Source: the human T2T-CHM13v2.0 reference genome, Homo sapiens. From it: DNA of 64,000 nt. The notes below the pieces were generated by a model. It did no database searches and had not been told where the DNA came from. It was given only the letters and a program-made list of their open reading frames with translations. The stretch is from assembly GCF_009914755.1 (NCBI RefSeq), contig NC_060933.1. One strand, given 5' to 3'. Position 1 is the stretch's first letter, and each line of letters begins with the position of its first letter. The translations under genes were made by a program, and so were the position numbers. Below are positions 39,701 through 54,700 of this stretch, in pieces.

Positions 39701-42700
39701 GAATGGAATGGAATTAACCCGAATACAATGGAATGGAATGGAATGGAACGGAATGGAGTGGAATGGAATGGAATCAACCCGAGTGCAGGGGAATGGAATG
39801 GAATGGAATGCAATGGAATGGAATCATCCGGAATGGAATGGAATGGAATGGAATGCAAAGCAATGGAATCAACTCGATTACAATGGAATGGAATGGAATG
39901 GAAAGTAATAGAATGGAATCAACCCGAGTGGAATGGAATGGCAAGGACTGGAATGGAGTGGAATGGAATGGAATGGAATGGAATGGAATCAACTCGATTG
40001 GAATGGAATGGAATGGAATAGAATGGAATGGAATGGAATGGAATTAACACGAATAGAATGGAATGGAATGGAATGGAACGGAATAAAATGGAATGGAATG
40101 GAATGGAATGGAATCAACCCGACTGCAGGGGAATGGAATGGAATGGAATGGAATGGAATGGAATGGAATCATCCGGAACGGAATGGAATGGAATGGAATG
40201 GAATCAACTCGATTGCAATGGAATGGAATGGAATGGAATGGAATCGAATGGAATGGAATGGAATTAACCCGAATACAATGGAATGGAATGGAATGGAACG
40301 GAATGGAACGGAATGGAATGGAATGGAATGGAATGGAATGGAATCAACCCGAGTGCAGGGGAATGGAATGGAATGGAATGCAATGGATTGGAATCATCCG
40401 GAATGGAATGGAATGGAATGCAATGCAATCAACCTGATGCAATGGAATGGAGTGGAATGGAATGGAATGGAATGGAAACATCCCGAATGGAATGGAATGG
40501 AATGGAGTGTAAGGGAAATGAATAGAATCAATCCGAATGTAATGGAATGGAATGGAATGAAATGGAATGGAATGGAATGGAATGGAATCATCCCGAGTGC
40601 AATGGAATGGATTCGAATGGAATGGAATGGAATGGAATGGATTCAACAAGAATGGAATGGAAAGGAATGAAATGAACCCGAGTGTAATGGCATGGAATGG
40701 AACGGAATGGAATGGGATGGAATGGAATGGTACGGAATAGAATGGGATGGAATGGAATGGTACGGAATAGAATGGAATGGAATGAAATGGAATGGAATGG
40801 AATGGAATGGAATGGAATGGAATGGAATGAACCCGTGTGCAATGGAATGGAATGGAATGGAATGGAACGGATTCAATTCGAATGGAATCAACTCGATTGC
40901 AATGGAATGGAATGGAATGGAAAGGAATAGAATGGAATCAACCCGAGTGGAATGGAATGGAAAGGAATGGAATGGAGTGGAATGGAATGGAATGGAATTA
41001 ACCCGAATAGAATGGAATGGAACGGAATGGAACGGAATGTAATGGAATGGAATGGAATGGAATCAACCCGAGTGCAGGGGAATGGAATGGAATGGAATGC
41101 AATGGAATGGAATCATCCGGAATGGAATGGAATGGAATGGAATGGAATGGAATGGTATCAACTCGATTTCAATGGAATGGAATGGAATAGAATGGAATGG
41201 AATTAACACGAATAGAATGGAAAGGAATGGAATGGAATGGAACAGAAAGGAATGGAATGGAATGGAATAGAATCAACCCAAGTGCAGGGGAATGGAATGG
41301 AATGGAATTCCATGGAATGGAATCATCCGGAATGGAATGGAATGGAATGGAATGCAATGGAATGGAATGGAATGGAATGGAATGGAATCAACCCGCGTGC
41401 AATCGAATGGAATCAAATGGAATGGAATGCAATGGAATGGATTCAACTTGAATGGAATGGAAAGAATGGAATCAACACGAGTGGAATGGCATAAATTGGA
41501 ATGGAATGGAATGGAATCAACCCGAGTACAGGGGAATGGAATGGAATGGAATGCAATGGAATGGAATCATCCGTAATGGAATGGAAAGGAATGGAATGGA
41601 ATGGAATGGAATGGAATGGAATGGAATGGAATCAACTCGATTGCAATCGAATGGAATGGAATGGAAATAACCCGAATAGAATGGAATGGAATGGAATGGA
41701 ACGGAACGGAACGGAATGGAATGGAATGGAATGGAATGGAATCAACGCGAGTGCAGGGGAATGGAATGGAATGGAATGCAATGGAATGGAATCTTCCGGA
41801 ATGGAATGGATTGGAATGGAATGGAATGGAATGCAATGCAATGGATTCAACTCGATTGCAATGGAATGGAATAGAATGGAATGGAATGGAATGGAATGGA
41901 AAGTAATTAACCCGAATAGAATGGAATGGAATGGAATGGAACGGAATGGAACGGAATGGAATGGAATGCAATGGAATGGAATGGAATGGTATAGAATGGA
42001 GTGGAATGGTATGGAATAGAATGGAATGGAACGAATTGTAATGGAATGGAATTGAATGGAATGGAATGGAATGGAATGGAATCAACGCGAGTGCAGGGGA
42101 ATGTAATGGAACGGAATGCAATGGAATGGAATCATCCGGAATGGAATGGAATGGAATGGAATGGAATCAACCCGAGTGCAATGGAATGGAGTGGAATGGA
42201 ATGGAATGGAATGGAATCTACGCGAGTGCAGGGGAATGGAATGGAATGGAATGCAATGGAATGGAATCTTCCGCAATGGAATGGAATGGAATGGAATGGA
42301 ATGGAATGGAATGGAATGGAATGGAATCAACCCGAGTGCAATGGAATGGAGTGGAATGGAATGGAACAACCCGAATGGAATGGAATGTAATGGAGAGTAA
42401 GGGTGTTGAATAGAATCAATCCGAATGTAATGGAATGGAATGCAACGGAATGGAATGGAATGGAATGGAATGGAATGGAATGGAATGGAATTGAATGCAA
42501 TGGAATGCCTTCAAACCGAATAGAATGGAAAGGAATGGAATCAACACGAGTGGAATGGAATGGAATGGAAAGAAATGGAATGGAATGGAATGGAATGGTA
42601 CGGAATAGAATGGAATGGAACGAAATGGAATGGAATGGAATGGAACGGAATGGAATGGAATGGAATGGAATGGAATGGAATCGTTCCGAGTGGAATAGGA

Positions 42701-45700
42701 GGGAATGTATTCGAGTGCAATGGAAAGGAATGGAATCAACCAGAGTGGAATGGAAGGGAATGGAATGGAATGGAAACTAATAGAATGGACTCAACCCGAG
42801 TGGAATGGAATGGAAAGGACTGCAATGGAATGGAATGGAATGGAATGGAATGGTATGGAATGGAATGGAATGAAATGGAATAGAATGGAATGGAATCAAC
42901 TCGATTGTAGTGGAATGGAATGGAATGGAATGGAATGGAATGGAATTAACCCGAATACAATGGAATGGAATGGAATGGAACGGAATGGAGTGGAATGGAA
43001 TGGAATCAACCCGAGTGCAGGGGAATGGAATGGAATGGAATGCAATGGAATGGAATCATCCGGAATGGAATGGAAAGGAATGGAATGCAAAGCAATGGAA
43101 TCAACTCGATTACAATGGAATGGAATGGAATGGAAAGTAATAGAATGGAATCAACCCGAGTGGAATGGAATGGCAAGGACTGGAATGGAGTGGAATGGAA
43201 TGGAATGGAATGGAATGGAATCAACTCGATTGGAATGGAATGGAATGGAATAGAATGGAATGGAATGGAATGGAATTAACACGAATAGAATGGAATGGAA
43301 TGGAATGGAACGGAATAGAATGGAATGGAATGGAATGGAATGGAATCAACCCGACTGCAGGGGAATGGAATGGAATGGAATGGAAGGGAATGGAATGGAA
43401 TGGAATCATCCGGAACGGAATGGAATGGAATGGAATGGAATCAACTCGATTGCAATGGAATGGAATGGAATGGAATGGAATCGAATGGAATGGAATGGAA
43501 TTAACCCGAATACAATGGAATGGAATGGAATGGAACGGAATGGAACGGAATGGAATGGAATGGAATGGAATGGAATGGAATGGAATGGAATCAACCCGAG
43601 TGCAGGGGAATGGAATGGAATGGAATGCAATGGATTGGAATCATCCGGAATGGAATGGAATGGAATGGAATGCAATCAACCTGATGCAATGGAATGGAGT
43701 GGAATGGAATGGAATGGAATGGAAACATCCCGAATGGAATGGAATGGAATGGAGTGTAAGGGAAATGAATAGAATCAATCCGAATGTAATGGAATGGAAT
43801 GGAATGAAATGGAATGGAATGGAATGGAATGGAATCATCCCGAGTGCAATGGAATGGATTCGAATGGAATGGAATGGAATGGAATGGATTCAACAAGAAT
43901 GGAATGGAAAGGAATGAAATGAACCCGAGTGTAATGGCATGGAATGGAACGGAATGGAATGGGATGGAATGGAATGGTACGGAATAGAATGGGATGGAAT
44001 GGAATGGTACGGAATAGAATGGAATGGAATGAAATGGAATGGAATGGAATGGAATGGAATGGAATGGAATGGAATGGAATGGAATGAACCCGTGTGCAAT
44101 GGAATGGAATGGAATGGAATGGAACGGATTCAATTCGAATGGAATCAACTCGATTGCAATGGAATGGAATGGAATGGAAAGGAATAGAATGGAATCAACC
44201 CGAGTGGAATGGATTGGAAAGGAATGGAATGGAGTGGAATGGAATGGAATGGAATTAACCCGAATAGAATGGAATGGAACGGAATGGAACGGAATGTAAT
44301 GGAATGGAATGAAATGGAATCAACCCGAGTGCAGGGGAATGGAATGGAATGGAATGCAATGGAATGGAATCATCCGGAATGGAATGGAATGGAATGGAAT
44401 GGAATGGAATGGAATGGAATGGTATCAACTCGAGTTCAATGGAATGGAATGGAATAGAATGGAATGGAATTAACACGAATAGAATGGAATGGAATGGAAT
44501 GGAATGGAACAGAAAGGAATGGAATGGAATGGAATAGAATCAACCCAAGTGCAGGGGAATGGAATGGAATGGAATTCCATGGAATGGAATCATCCGGAAT
44601 GGAATGGAATGGAATGGAATGCAATGGAATGGAATGGAATGGAATGGAATGGAATCAACCCGCGTGCAATCGAATGGAATCAAATGGAATGGAATGCAAT
44701 GGATTGGATTCAACTTGAATGGAATGGAAAGAATGGAATCAACACGAGTGGAATGGCATAGATTGGAATGGAATGGAATGGAATCAACCCGAGTACAGGG
44801 GAATGGAATGGAATGGAATGCAATGGAATGGAATCATCCGTAATGGAATGGAATGGAATGGAATGGAATGGAATGGAATGGAATGGAATGGAATGGAATG
44901 CAATGGAATCAACTCGATTGCAATCGAATGGAATGGAATGGAATTAACACGAATAGAATGGAATGGAATGGAATGGAACGGAACGGAACAGAATGGAATG
45001 GAATGGAATGGAACGGAACGGAAAGGAATGGAATGGAATGGAATGGAATGGAATCAACGCGAGTGCAGGTGAATGGTATGGAATCGAATGGAATGGAATG
45101 GAATGGAATGGAATCAATCTGAGTGCAGGGGAATGGAATGGAATGGAACGGAACAGAATGGAATGGAATGGAATGCAATGGAGTCAACTCGATTGCAATG
45201 GGATGGAATGGAATGGAATGGAATGGAAGGGGATCAACCCGAGTGCAGGGGAATTGAATGGAATGGAATGCAATGGAATGGAGTCATCCGGAATGGAATG
45301 GAATGGAATGGAATGCAATGGAATGGAATCAATCAACCCGAGTGCAATAGAATGCAGTGGAAAGTAATGGAATGGAATGGAAAGTACCCGAATGGAATGG
45401 AATGTAACGGAGTGTAAGGGAATTAAAAAGCATCAATCCCAATGTAATGGAATGGAATGGAACGGAATGGAATGGAATGGAATGGATTGGAATGGAATGG
45501 AATGGAATGCAATGGAATGGCATGGAATGCAATGGAATTGCATGGAATGGAATGGAATCAACCCGAGTGCAATAGAAAGGAATCGAATGGAATGGAATGG
45601 AATGGAATGGATTCAACCCGAATGGAATGGAAAGGAATGGAATAAACCTGAGTGAAATGGCATGGAAGGGAATAGAATGGAATGGAATGGTACGGAATAG

Positions 45701-48700
45701 AATGGAATGGAACAAAATGGAAAGGAATGGAATGGAATGGAATGGAATGGAATGGAATGGAATGCAATGGAATGCAATGGAATGGAATGGAATGGAATCA
45801 ACTCGATTTCAATGGAATGGAATGGAAAGGAATGGAATGGAACCAAAGGGAATGGAATGGAATGGAATGAAATTAATCCGAATAGAATGGAATGGAGTGG
45901 AATGGAATGGAATGGAATGGAATGGAATGGAATGGAATGGAGTAGAATGGAATCCACCCGAGTGCAGGGGAATGGAACGGAATGGAATAAAATGGAATGG
46001 AATCATACGGAATGGAATGGAATGGAATGGATTCAACCCGAATGGAATGGAAAGGAATGGAATCAACCCGAGTGGAATGGCATGGAATGGAATGGATTGG
46101 AATGGAATGGTACGGAATAGAATGGAATGGAAAGAAATGGAATGGAATGGAATGGAATGGAACGGAATGGAATGGAATCAACTCGATTGCAATGTAATGT
46201 AATGGAATGGAATGGAATGGAATTAACGCGATAGAATGGAACGGAATGGACTGGAATGGAATGGAAGGGAATGGAATGGAATGGAATGGAATGGAATTAA
46301 CCCGAATAGAATGGAATGGAATGGAATGGAATGGAATGGAATGGAATGGAATCAACTCGATTTCAATGGAATGGAATGGAAAGGAATGGAATGGAATGAA
46401 AGGGAATGGTATTGAATGGAATGAAATTAACCCGAATAGAATGGAATGCAATGGAATGGAATGGAATGGAATGGAATGGAATGGAATAGAATGGAATCCA
46501 CCCGAATGCAGGGAAATGGAATGGAATGGAATGCAATGGAATGGAATCATACGGAATGGAATTTAATGGAATGGAATGGATTCATCCCGAATGGAATGGA
46601 AAGGAATGGAATCATCCCGAGTGGAATGGCATGGAATGGAGTGGAATGGAATGGAATGGAACGAAATGGAATGGAATGGAATGGAATGGAATGGAATCAA
46701 CCTGAGTGCAATGGAATGGAGTGGAATGGAATGTAATGGAATGGAATCAACCCGAATGGAATAGAATGTAATGGAGTGTAAGGGAATTGAGTACAATCAA
46801 TCCGAATGCAATGGAATGGAATGGAACGGAATGGAATGGAATGGAATGGAATGGAATGGAAAGGAATGAAGTGGAATGGAATCATACCTAGTGCAATGGA
46901 ATGGAATGGAATCGAATGGAATGGAATGGAATGGAATGGCATGGCATGGAATGGATTGGATTCAACCCAAATGGAATGGAAAGCAATGGAATCAACCCGA
47001 GTGGAATGGCATGGAATGGAATGGAATGAAATGGAATGGAATGGAATGGTATGGAATAGAATGGAATGGAACGAAATGGAATGGAATGGAATGGAATGGA
47101 ACGGAATGGAATGGAATCAACTCGATTGCAATGTAATGTAATGGAATGGAATGGAATGGAATTAACGCGAATAGAATGGAACGGAATGGAATGGAATGGA
47201 ATGGAATGGAATCAACTCGATTGAAATGGAATGGAATGGAATGGAATGGAATGGAATGGAATGGAATGGAATGGAATTAACCCTAATAAAATGGAATGGA
47301 ATGAAATGGAATGGAATGGAATGGAAGGGAATGGAATGGAATGGAATGGAATGGAATGGAATTAACCCGAATAGAATGGAATGGAATGGAATGGAATGGA
47401 ATGGAATGGAATCAACTCGATTTCAATGGAATGGAATGGAAAGGAATGGAATGGAATGAAAGGTAATGGAATGGAATGGAATAAAATTAACCCGAATAGA
47501 ATGGAATGGAATGGAATGGAATGGAATGGAATGGAATTGAATGGAATGGAATGGAATGGAATGGAATCAACGCGAGTGCAGGGGAATGGAATGGAATGGA
47601 ATGCAATGGAATGGAATCTTCCGGAATGGAATGGAATGGAATGGAATGGAATGAAATGCAATGGATTCAACTCGATTGCAATGGAATGGAATAGAATGGA
47701 ATGGAATGGAATGGAATTAACCCGAATAGAATGGAATGGAATGGAATGGAACGAAATGGAACGGAATGGAATGGAATGGAATGGAATGGTATGGAATGGA
47801 ATGGAATGGTACGGAATAGAATGGAATGGAAGGAATTGTAATGGAATGGAATTGAATGGAATGGAATGGAATGGAATGGAATCAACGCGAGTGCAGGGGA
47901 ATGTAATGGAACGGAATGCAATGGAATGGAAACATCCGGAATGGAATGGAATGGAATGGAATGGAATGGAATCAACCCGAGTGCAATGGAATGGAGTGGA
48001 ATGGAATGGAATGCAATGGAACAACCCGAATGGAATGGAATGTAATGGAGAGTAAGGGAGTTGAATAGAATCAATCCGAATGTAATGGAATGGAATGCAA
48101 CGGAATGGAATAGAATGGAATGCAATGGAATGGAATCAACGCGAGTACAATGGAATGGAATGGAATGGAATGGAATGGAATGGAATGGAATGGAATGCCT
48201 TCAAACCGAATGGAATGGAAAGGAATGGAATCAACACGAGTGGAATGGAATGGAATGGAATGGAATGGAATGGAATGGAATGGAATGGAATGGAAAGGTA
48301 CGGAATAGAATGGAATGGAACGAAATGGAATGGAATGGAATGGAATAGAATGGAATGGAATGGAATGGAATGGAATGGAATGGAATCGTTCCGAGTGGAA
48401 TAAGAGGGAATGTATTCGAGTGGAATGGAAAGGAATGGAATCAACCAGAGTGGAATGGAAGGGAATGGAAAGGAATGGAAACTAATAGAATGGAATCAAC
48501 CCGAGTGGAATGGAATGGAAAGGACTGGAATGGAATTGAATGGAATGGAATGGAATCAACTCGATTGTAATGGAATGGAATGGAATGGAATGGAATGGAA
48601 TGCAAAGGAATGGAATTAACCCGAATACAATGGAATGGAATGGAATGGAACGGAATGGAGTGGAACCGAATGGAATCAACCCGAGTGCAGGGGAATGGAA

Positions 48701-51700
48701 TGGAATGGAATGCAATGGAATGGAATCATCCGGAATGGAATGGAATGGAATGGAATGCAAAGCAATGGAATCAACTCGATTGCAATGGAATGGAATGGAA
48801 TGGAATGGAAAGGAATACAACGGAATCAACCCGAGTGGAATGGAATGGAAAGGACTGGAATGGAGTGGAATGGAATGGAATGGAATGGAATGGAATCAAC
48901 TCGATTGGAATGGAATGGAATGGAATGGAATGGAATGGAATGGAATGGAATGGAATTAACCCGAATAGAATGGAATGGAATGGAAAGGAACGGAAAGGAA
49001 CGGAATGGAATGGAATGGAATGGAATGGAATGGAATGGAATCAACCCGACTGCAGGGGAATGAAATGGAATGGAATGCAATGGAATGGATTCAACTTGAA
49101 TGGAATGGAAAGAATGGAATCAACACGAGTGGAATGGCATGGATTGGAATGGAATGGAATGGAATCAACCCGAGTACAGGGGAATGGAATGGAATGGAAT
49201 GCAATGGAATGGAATCATCCGTAATGGAATGGAAAGGAATGGAATGGAATGGAATGGAATGGAATGGAATGGAATGGAATCAACTCGATTGCAATCGAAT
49301 GGAATGGAATGGAAATAACCCGAATAGAATGGAATGGAATGGAATGGAACGGAACGGAACGGAATGGAATGGAATGGAATGGAATGGAATCAACGCGAGT
49401 GCAGGGGAATGGAATGGAATGGAATGCAATGGAATGGAATCTTCCGGAATGGAATGGAATGGAATGGAATGGAATGCAATGCAATGGATTCAACTCGATT
49501 GCAATGGAATGGAATAGAATGGAATGGAATGGAATGGAATGGAAAGTAATTAACCCGAATAGAATGGAATGGAATGGAATGGAACGGAATGGAACGGAAT
49601 GGAATGGAATGCAATGGAATGGAATGGAATGGTATAGAATGGAATGGAATGGTATGGAATAGAATGGAATGGAACGAATTGTAATGGAATGGAAATGAAT
49701 GGAATGGAATGGAATGGAATGGAATCAACGCGAGTGCAGGGGAATGTAATGGAACGGAATGCAATGGAATGGAATCATCCGGAATGGAATGGAATGGAAT
49801 GGAATGGAATCAACCCGAGTGCAATGGAATGGAGTGGAATGGAATGGAATGGAATGGAATCTACGCGAGTGCAGGGGAATGGAATGGAATGGAATGCAAT
49901 GGAATGGAATCTTCCGGAATGGAATGGAATGGAATGGAATGGAATGGAATGGAATGGAATCAACCCGAGTGCAATGGAATGGAGTGGAATGGAATGGAAC
50001 AACCCGAATGGAATGTAATGTAATGGAGAGTAAGGGTGTTGAATAGAATCAATCCGAATGTAATGGAATGGAATGCAACGGAATGGAATGGAATGGAATG
50101 GAATGGAATGGAATGGAATGGAATGGAATTGAATGGAATGGAATGCCTTCAAACCGAATAGAATGGAAAGGAATGGAATCAACACGAGTGGAATGGAATG
50201 GAATGGAAAGAAATGGAATGGAATGGAATGGAATGGTACGGAATAGAATGGAATGGAACGAAATGGAATGGAATGGAATGGAATGGAATGGAATGCAATG
50301 GAATGGAATGGAATGGAATCGTTCCGAGTGGAATAGGAGGGAATGTATTCGAGTGCAATGGAAAGGAATGGAATCAACCAGAGTGGAATGGAAGGGAATG
50401 GAATGGAATGGAAACTAATAGAATGGAATCAACCCGAGTGGAATGGAATGGAAAGGACTGGAATGGAATGGAATGGAATGGAATGGAATGGTATGGAATG
50501 GAATGGAATGAAATGGAATAGAATGGAATGGAATCAACTCGATTGTAGTGGAATGGAATGGAATGGAATGGAATGGAATTAACCCGAATACAATGGAATG
50601 GAATGGAATGGAACGGAATGGAGTGGAATGGAATGGAATCAACCCGAGTGCAGGGGAATGGAATGGAATGGAATGCAATGGAATGGAATCATCCGGAATG
50701 GAATGGAATGGAATGGAATGCAAAGCAATGGAATCAACTCGATTACAATGGAATGGAATGGAATGGAAAGTAATAGAATGGAATCAACCCGAGTGGAATG
50801 GAATGGCAAGGACTGGAATGGAGTGGAATGGAATGGAATGGAATGGAATGGAATCAACTCGATTGGAATGGAATGGAATGGAATAGAATGGAATGGAATG
50901 GAATGGAATTAACACGAATAGAATGGAATGGAATGGAATGGAACGGAATAAAATGGAATGGAATGGAATGGAATGGAATCAACCCGACTGCATGGGAATG
51001 GAATGGAATGGAATGGAATGGAATGGAATGGAATCATCCGGAACGGAATGGAATGGAATGGAATGGAATCAACTCGATTGCAATGGAATGGAATGGAATG
51101 GAATGGAATCGAATGGAATGGAATGGAATTAACCCGAATACAATGGAATGGAATGGAATGGAACGGAATGGAACGGAATGGAATGGAATGGAATGGAATG
51201 GAATGGAATCAACCCGAGTGCAGGGGAATGGAATGGAATGGAATGCAATGGATTGGAATCATCCGGAATGGAATGGAATGGAATGGAATGCAATCAACCT
51301 GATGCAATGGAATGGAGTGGAATGGAATGGAATGGAATGGAAACATCCCGAATGGAATGGAATGGAATGGAGTGTAAGGGAAATGAATAGAATCAATCCG
51401 AATGTAATGGAATGGAATGGAATGAAATGGAATGGAATGGAATGGAATGGAATCATCCCGAGTGCAATGGAATGGATTCGAATGGAATGGAATGGAATGG
51501 AATGGATTCAACAAGAATGGAATGGAAAGGAATGAAATGAACCCGAGTGTAATGGCATGGAATGGAACGGAATGGAATGGGATGGAATGGAATGGTACGG
51601 AATAGAATGGGATGGAATGGAATGGTACGGAATAGAATGGAATGGAATGAAATGGAATGGAATGGAATGGAATGGAATGGAATGGAATGGAATGGAATGA

Positions 51701-54700
51701 ACCCGTGTGCAATGGAATGGAATGGAATGGAATGGAACGGATTCAATTCGAATGGAATCAACTCGATTGCAATGGAATGGAATGGAATGGAAAGGAATAG
51801 AATGGAATCAACCCGAGTGGAATGGAATGGAAAGGAATGGAATGGAGTGGAATGGAATGGAATGGAATTAACCCGAATAGAATGGAATGGAACGGAATGG
51901 AACGGAATGTAATGGAATGGAATGGAATGGAATCAACCCGAGTGCAGGGGAATGGAATGGAATGGAATGCAATGGAATGGAATCATCCGGAATGGAATGG
52001 AATGGAATGGAATGGAATGGAATGGAATGGAATGGTATCAACTCGATTTCAATGGAATGGAATGGAATAGAATGGAATGGAATTAACACGAATAGAATGG
52101 AATGGAATGGAATGGAATGGAACAGAAAGGAATGGAATGGAATGGAATAGAATCAACCCAAGTGCAGGGGAATGGAATGGAATGGAATTCCATGGAATGG
52201 AATCATCCGGAATGGAATGGAATGGAATGGAATGCAATGGAATGGAATGGAATGGAATGGAATGGAATCAACCCGCGTGCAATCGAATGGAATCAAATGG
52301 AATGGAATGCAATGGAATGGATTCAACTTGAATGGAATGGAAAGAATGGAATCAACACGAGTGGAATGGCATAGATTGGAATGGAATGGAATGGAATCAA
52401 CCCGAGTACAGGGGAATGGAATGGAATGGAATGCAATGGAATGGAATCATCCGTAATGGAATGGAAAGGAATGGAATGGAATGGAATGGAATGGAATGGA
52501 ATGGAATGGAATGGAATGCAATGGAATCAACTCGATTGCAATCGAATGGAATGGAATGGAATTAACACGAATAGAATGGAATGGAATGGAATGGAACGGA
52601 ACGGAACGGAATGGAATGGAATGGAATGGAACGGAACGGAAAGGAATGGAATGGAATGGAATGGAATGGAATCAACGCGAGTGCAGGTGAATGGAATGGA
52701 ATCGAATGGAATGGAATGGAATGGAATGGAATCAATCAGAGTGGAGGGGAATGGAATGGAATGGAACGGAACAGAATGGAATGGAATGGAATGCAATGGA
52801 GTCAACTCGATTGCAATGGGATGGAATGGAATGGAATGGAATGGGATCAACCCGAGTGCAGGGGAATTGAATGGAATGGAATGCAATGGAATGGAGTCAT
52901 CCGGAATGGAATGGAATGGAATGGAATGCAATGGAATGGAATCAATCAACCCGAGTGCAATAGAATGCAGTGGAAAGTAATGGAATGGAATGGAAAGTAC
53001 CCGAATGGAATGGAATGTAATGGAGTGTAAGGGAATTAAAAAGCATCAATCCCAATGTAATGGAATGGAATGGAACGGAATGGAATGGAATGGAATGGAT
53101 TGGAATGGAATGGAATGGAATGCAATGGAATGGCATGGAATGGAATGGAATCAACCCGAGTGCAATAGAATGGAATCGAATGGAATGGAATGGAATGGAA
53201 TGGATTCAACACGAATGGAATGGAAAGGAATGGAATAAACCTGAGTGAAATGGCATGGAAGGGAATAGAATGGAATGGAATGGTACGGAATAGAATGGAA
53301 TGGAACAAAATGGAAAGGAATGGAATGGAATGGAATGGAATGGAATGGAATGCAATGGAATGGAATGGAATCAACTCGATTTCAATGGAATGGAATGGAA
53401 AGGAATGGAATGGAACCAAAGGGAATGGAATGGAATGGAATGAAATTAATCCGAATAGAATGGAATGGAGTGGAATGGAATGGAATGGAATGGAATGGAA
53501 TGGAGTAGAATGGAATCCACCCGAGTGCAGGGGAATGGAACGGAATGGAATAAAATGGAATGGAATCATACGGAATGGAATGGAATGGAATGGATTCAAC
53601 CCGAATGGAATGGAAAGGAATGGAATCAACCCGAGTGGAATGGCATGGAATGGAATGGATTGGAATGGAATGGTACGGAATAGAATGGAATGGAAAGAAA
53701 TGGAATGGAATGGAATGGAATGGAACGGAATGGAATGGAATCAACTCGATTGCAATGTAATGTAATGGAATGGAATGGAATGGAATTAACGCGATAGAAT
53801 GGAACGGAATGGACTGGAATGGAATGGAAGGGAATGGAATGGAATGGAATGGAATGGAATTAACCCGAATATAATGGAATGGAATGGAATGGAATGGAAT
53901 GGAATGGAATCAACTCGATTTCAATGGAATGGAATGGAAAGGAATGGAATGGAATGAAAGGGAATGGAATTGAATGGAATGAAATTAACCCGAATAGAAT
54001 GGAATGCAATGGAATGGAATGGAATGGAATGGAATGGAATGGAATAGAATGGAATCCACCCGAATGCAGGGAAATGGAATGGAATGGAATGCAATGGAAT
54101 GGAATCATACGGAATGGAATTTAATGGAATGGAATGGATTCATCCCGAATGGAATGGAAAGGAATGGAATCATCCCGAGTGGAATGGCATGGAATGGAGT
54201 GGAATGGAATGGAATGGAATAATACGGAATAGAATGGAATGGAACGAAATGGAATGGAATGGAATGGAATGGAATGGAATCAACCTGAGTGCAATGGAAT
54301 GGAGTGGAATGGAATGTAATGGAATGGAAACAACCCGAATGGAATAGAATGTAATGGAGTGTAAGGGAATTGAGTACAATCAATCCGAATGCAATGGAAT
54401 GGAATGGAACGGAATGGAATGGAATGGAATGGAATGGAATGGAATGGAATGGAAAGGAATGCAGTGGAATGGAATCATACCTAGTGCAATGGAATGGAAT
54501 GGAATCGAATGGAATGGAATGGAATGGAATGGAATGGAATGGAATGGAATGGCATGGAATGGATTGGATTCAACCCAAATGGAATGGAAAGCAATGGAAT
54601 CAACCCGAGTGGAATGGCATGGAATGGAATGGAATGAAATGGAATGGAATGGAATGGTATGGAATAGAATGGAATGGAACGAAATGGAATGGAATGGAAT

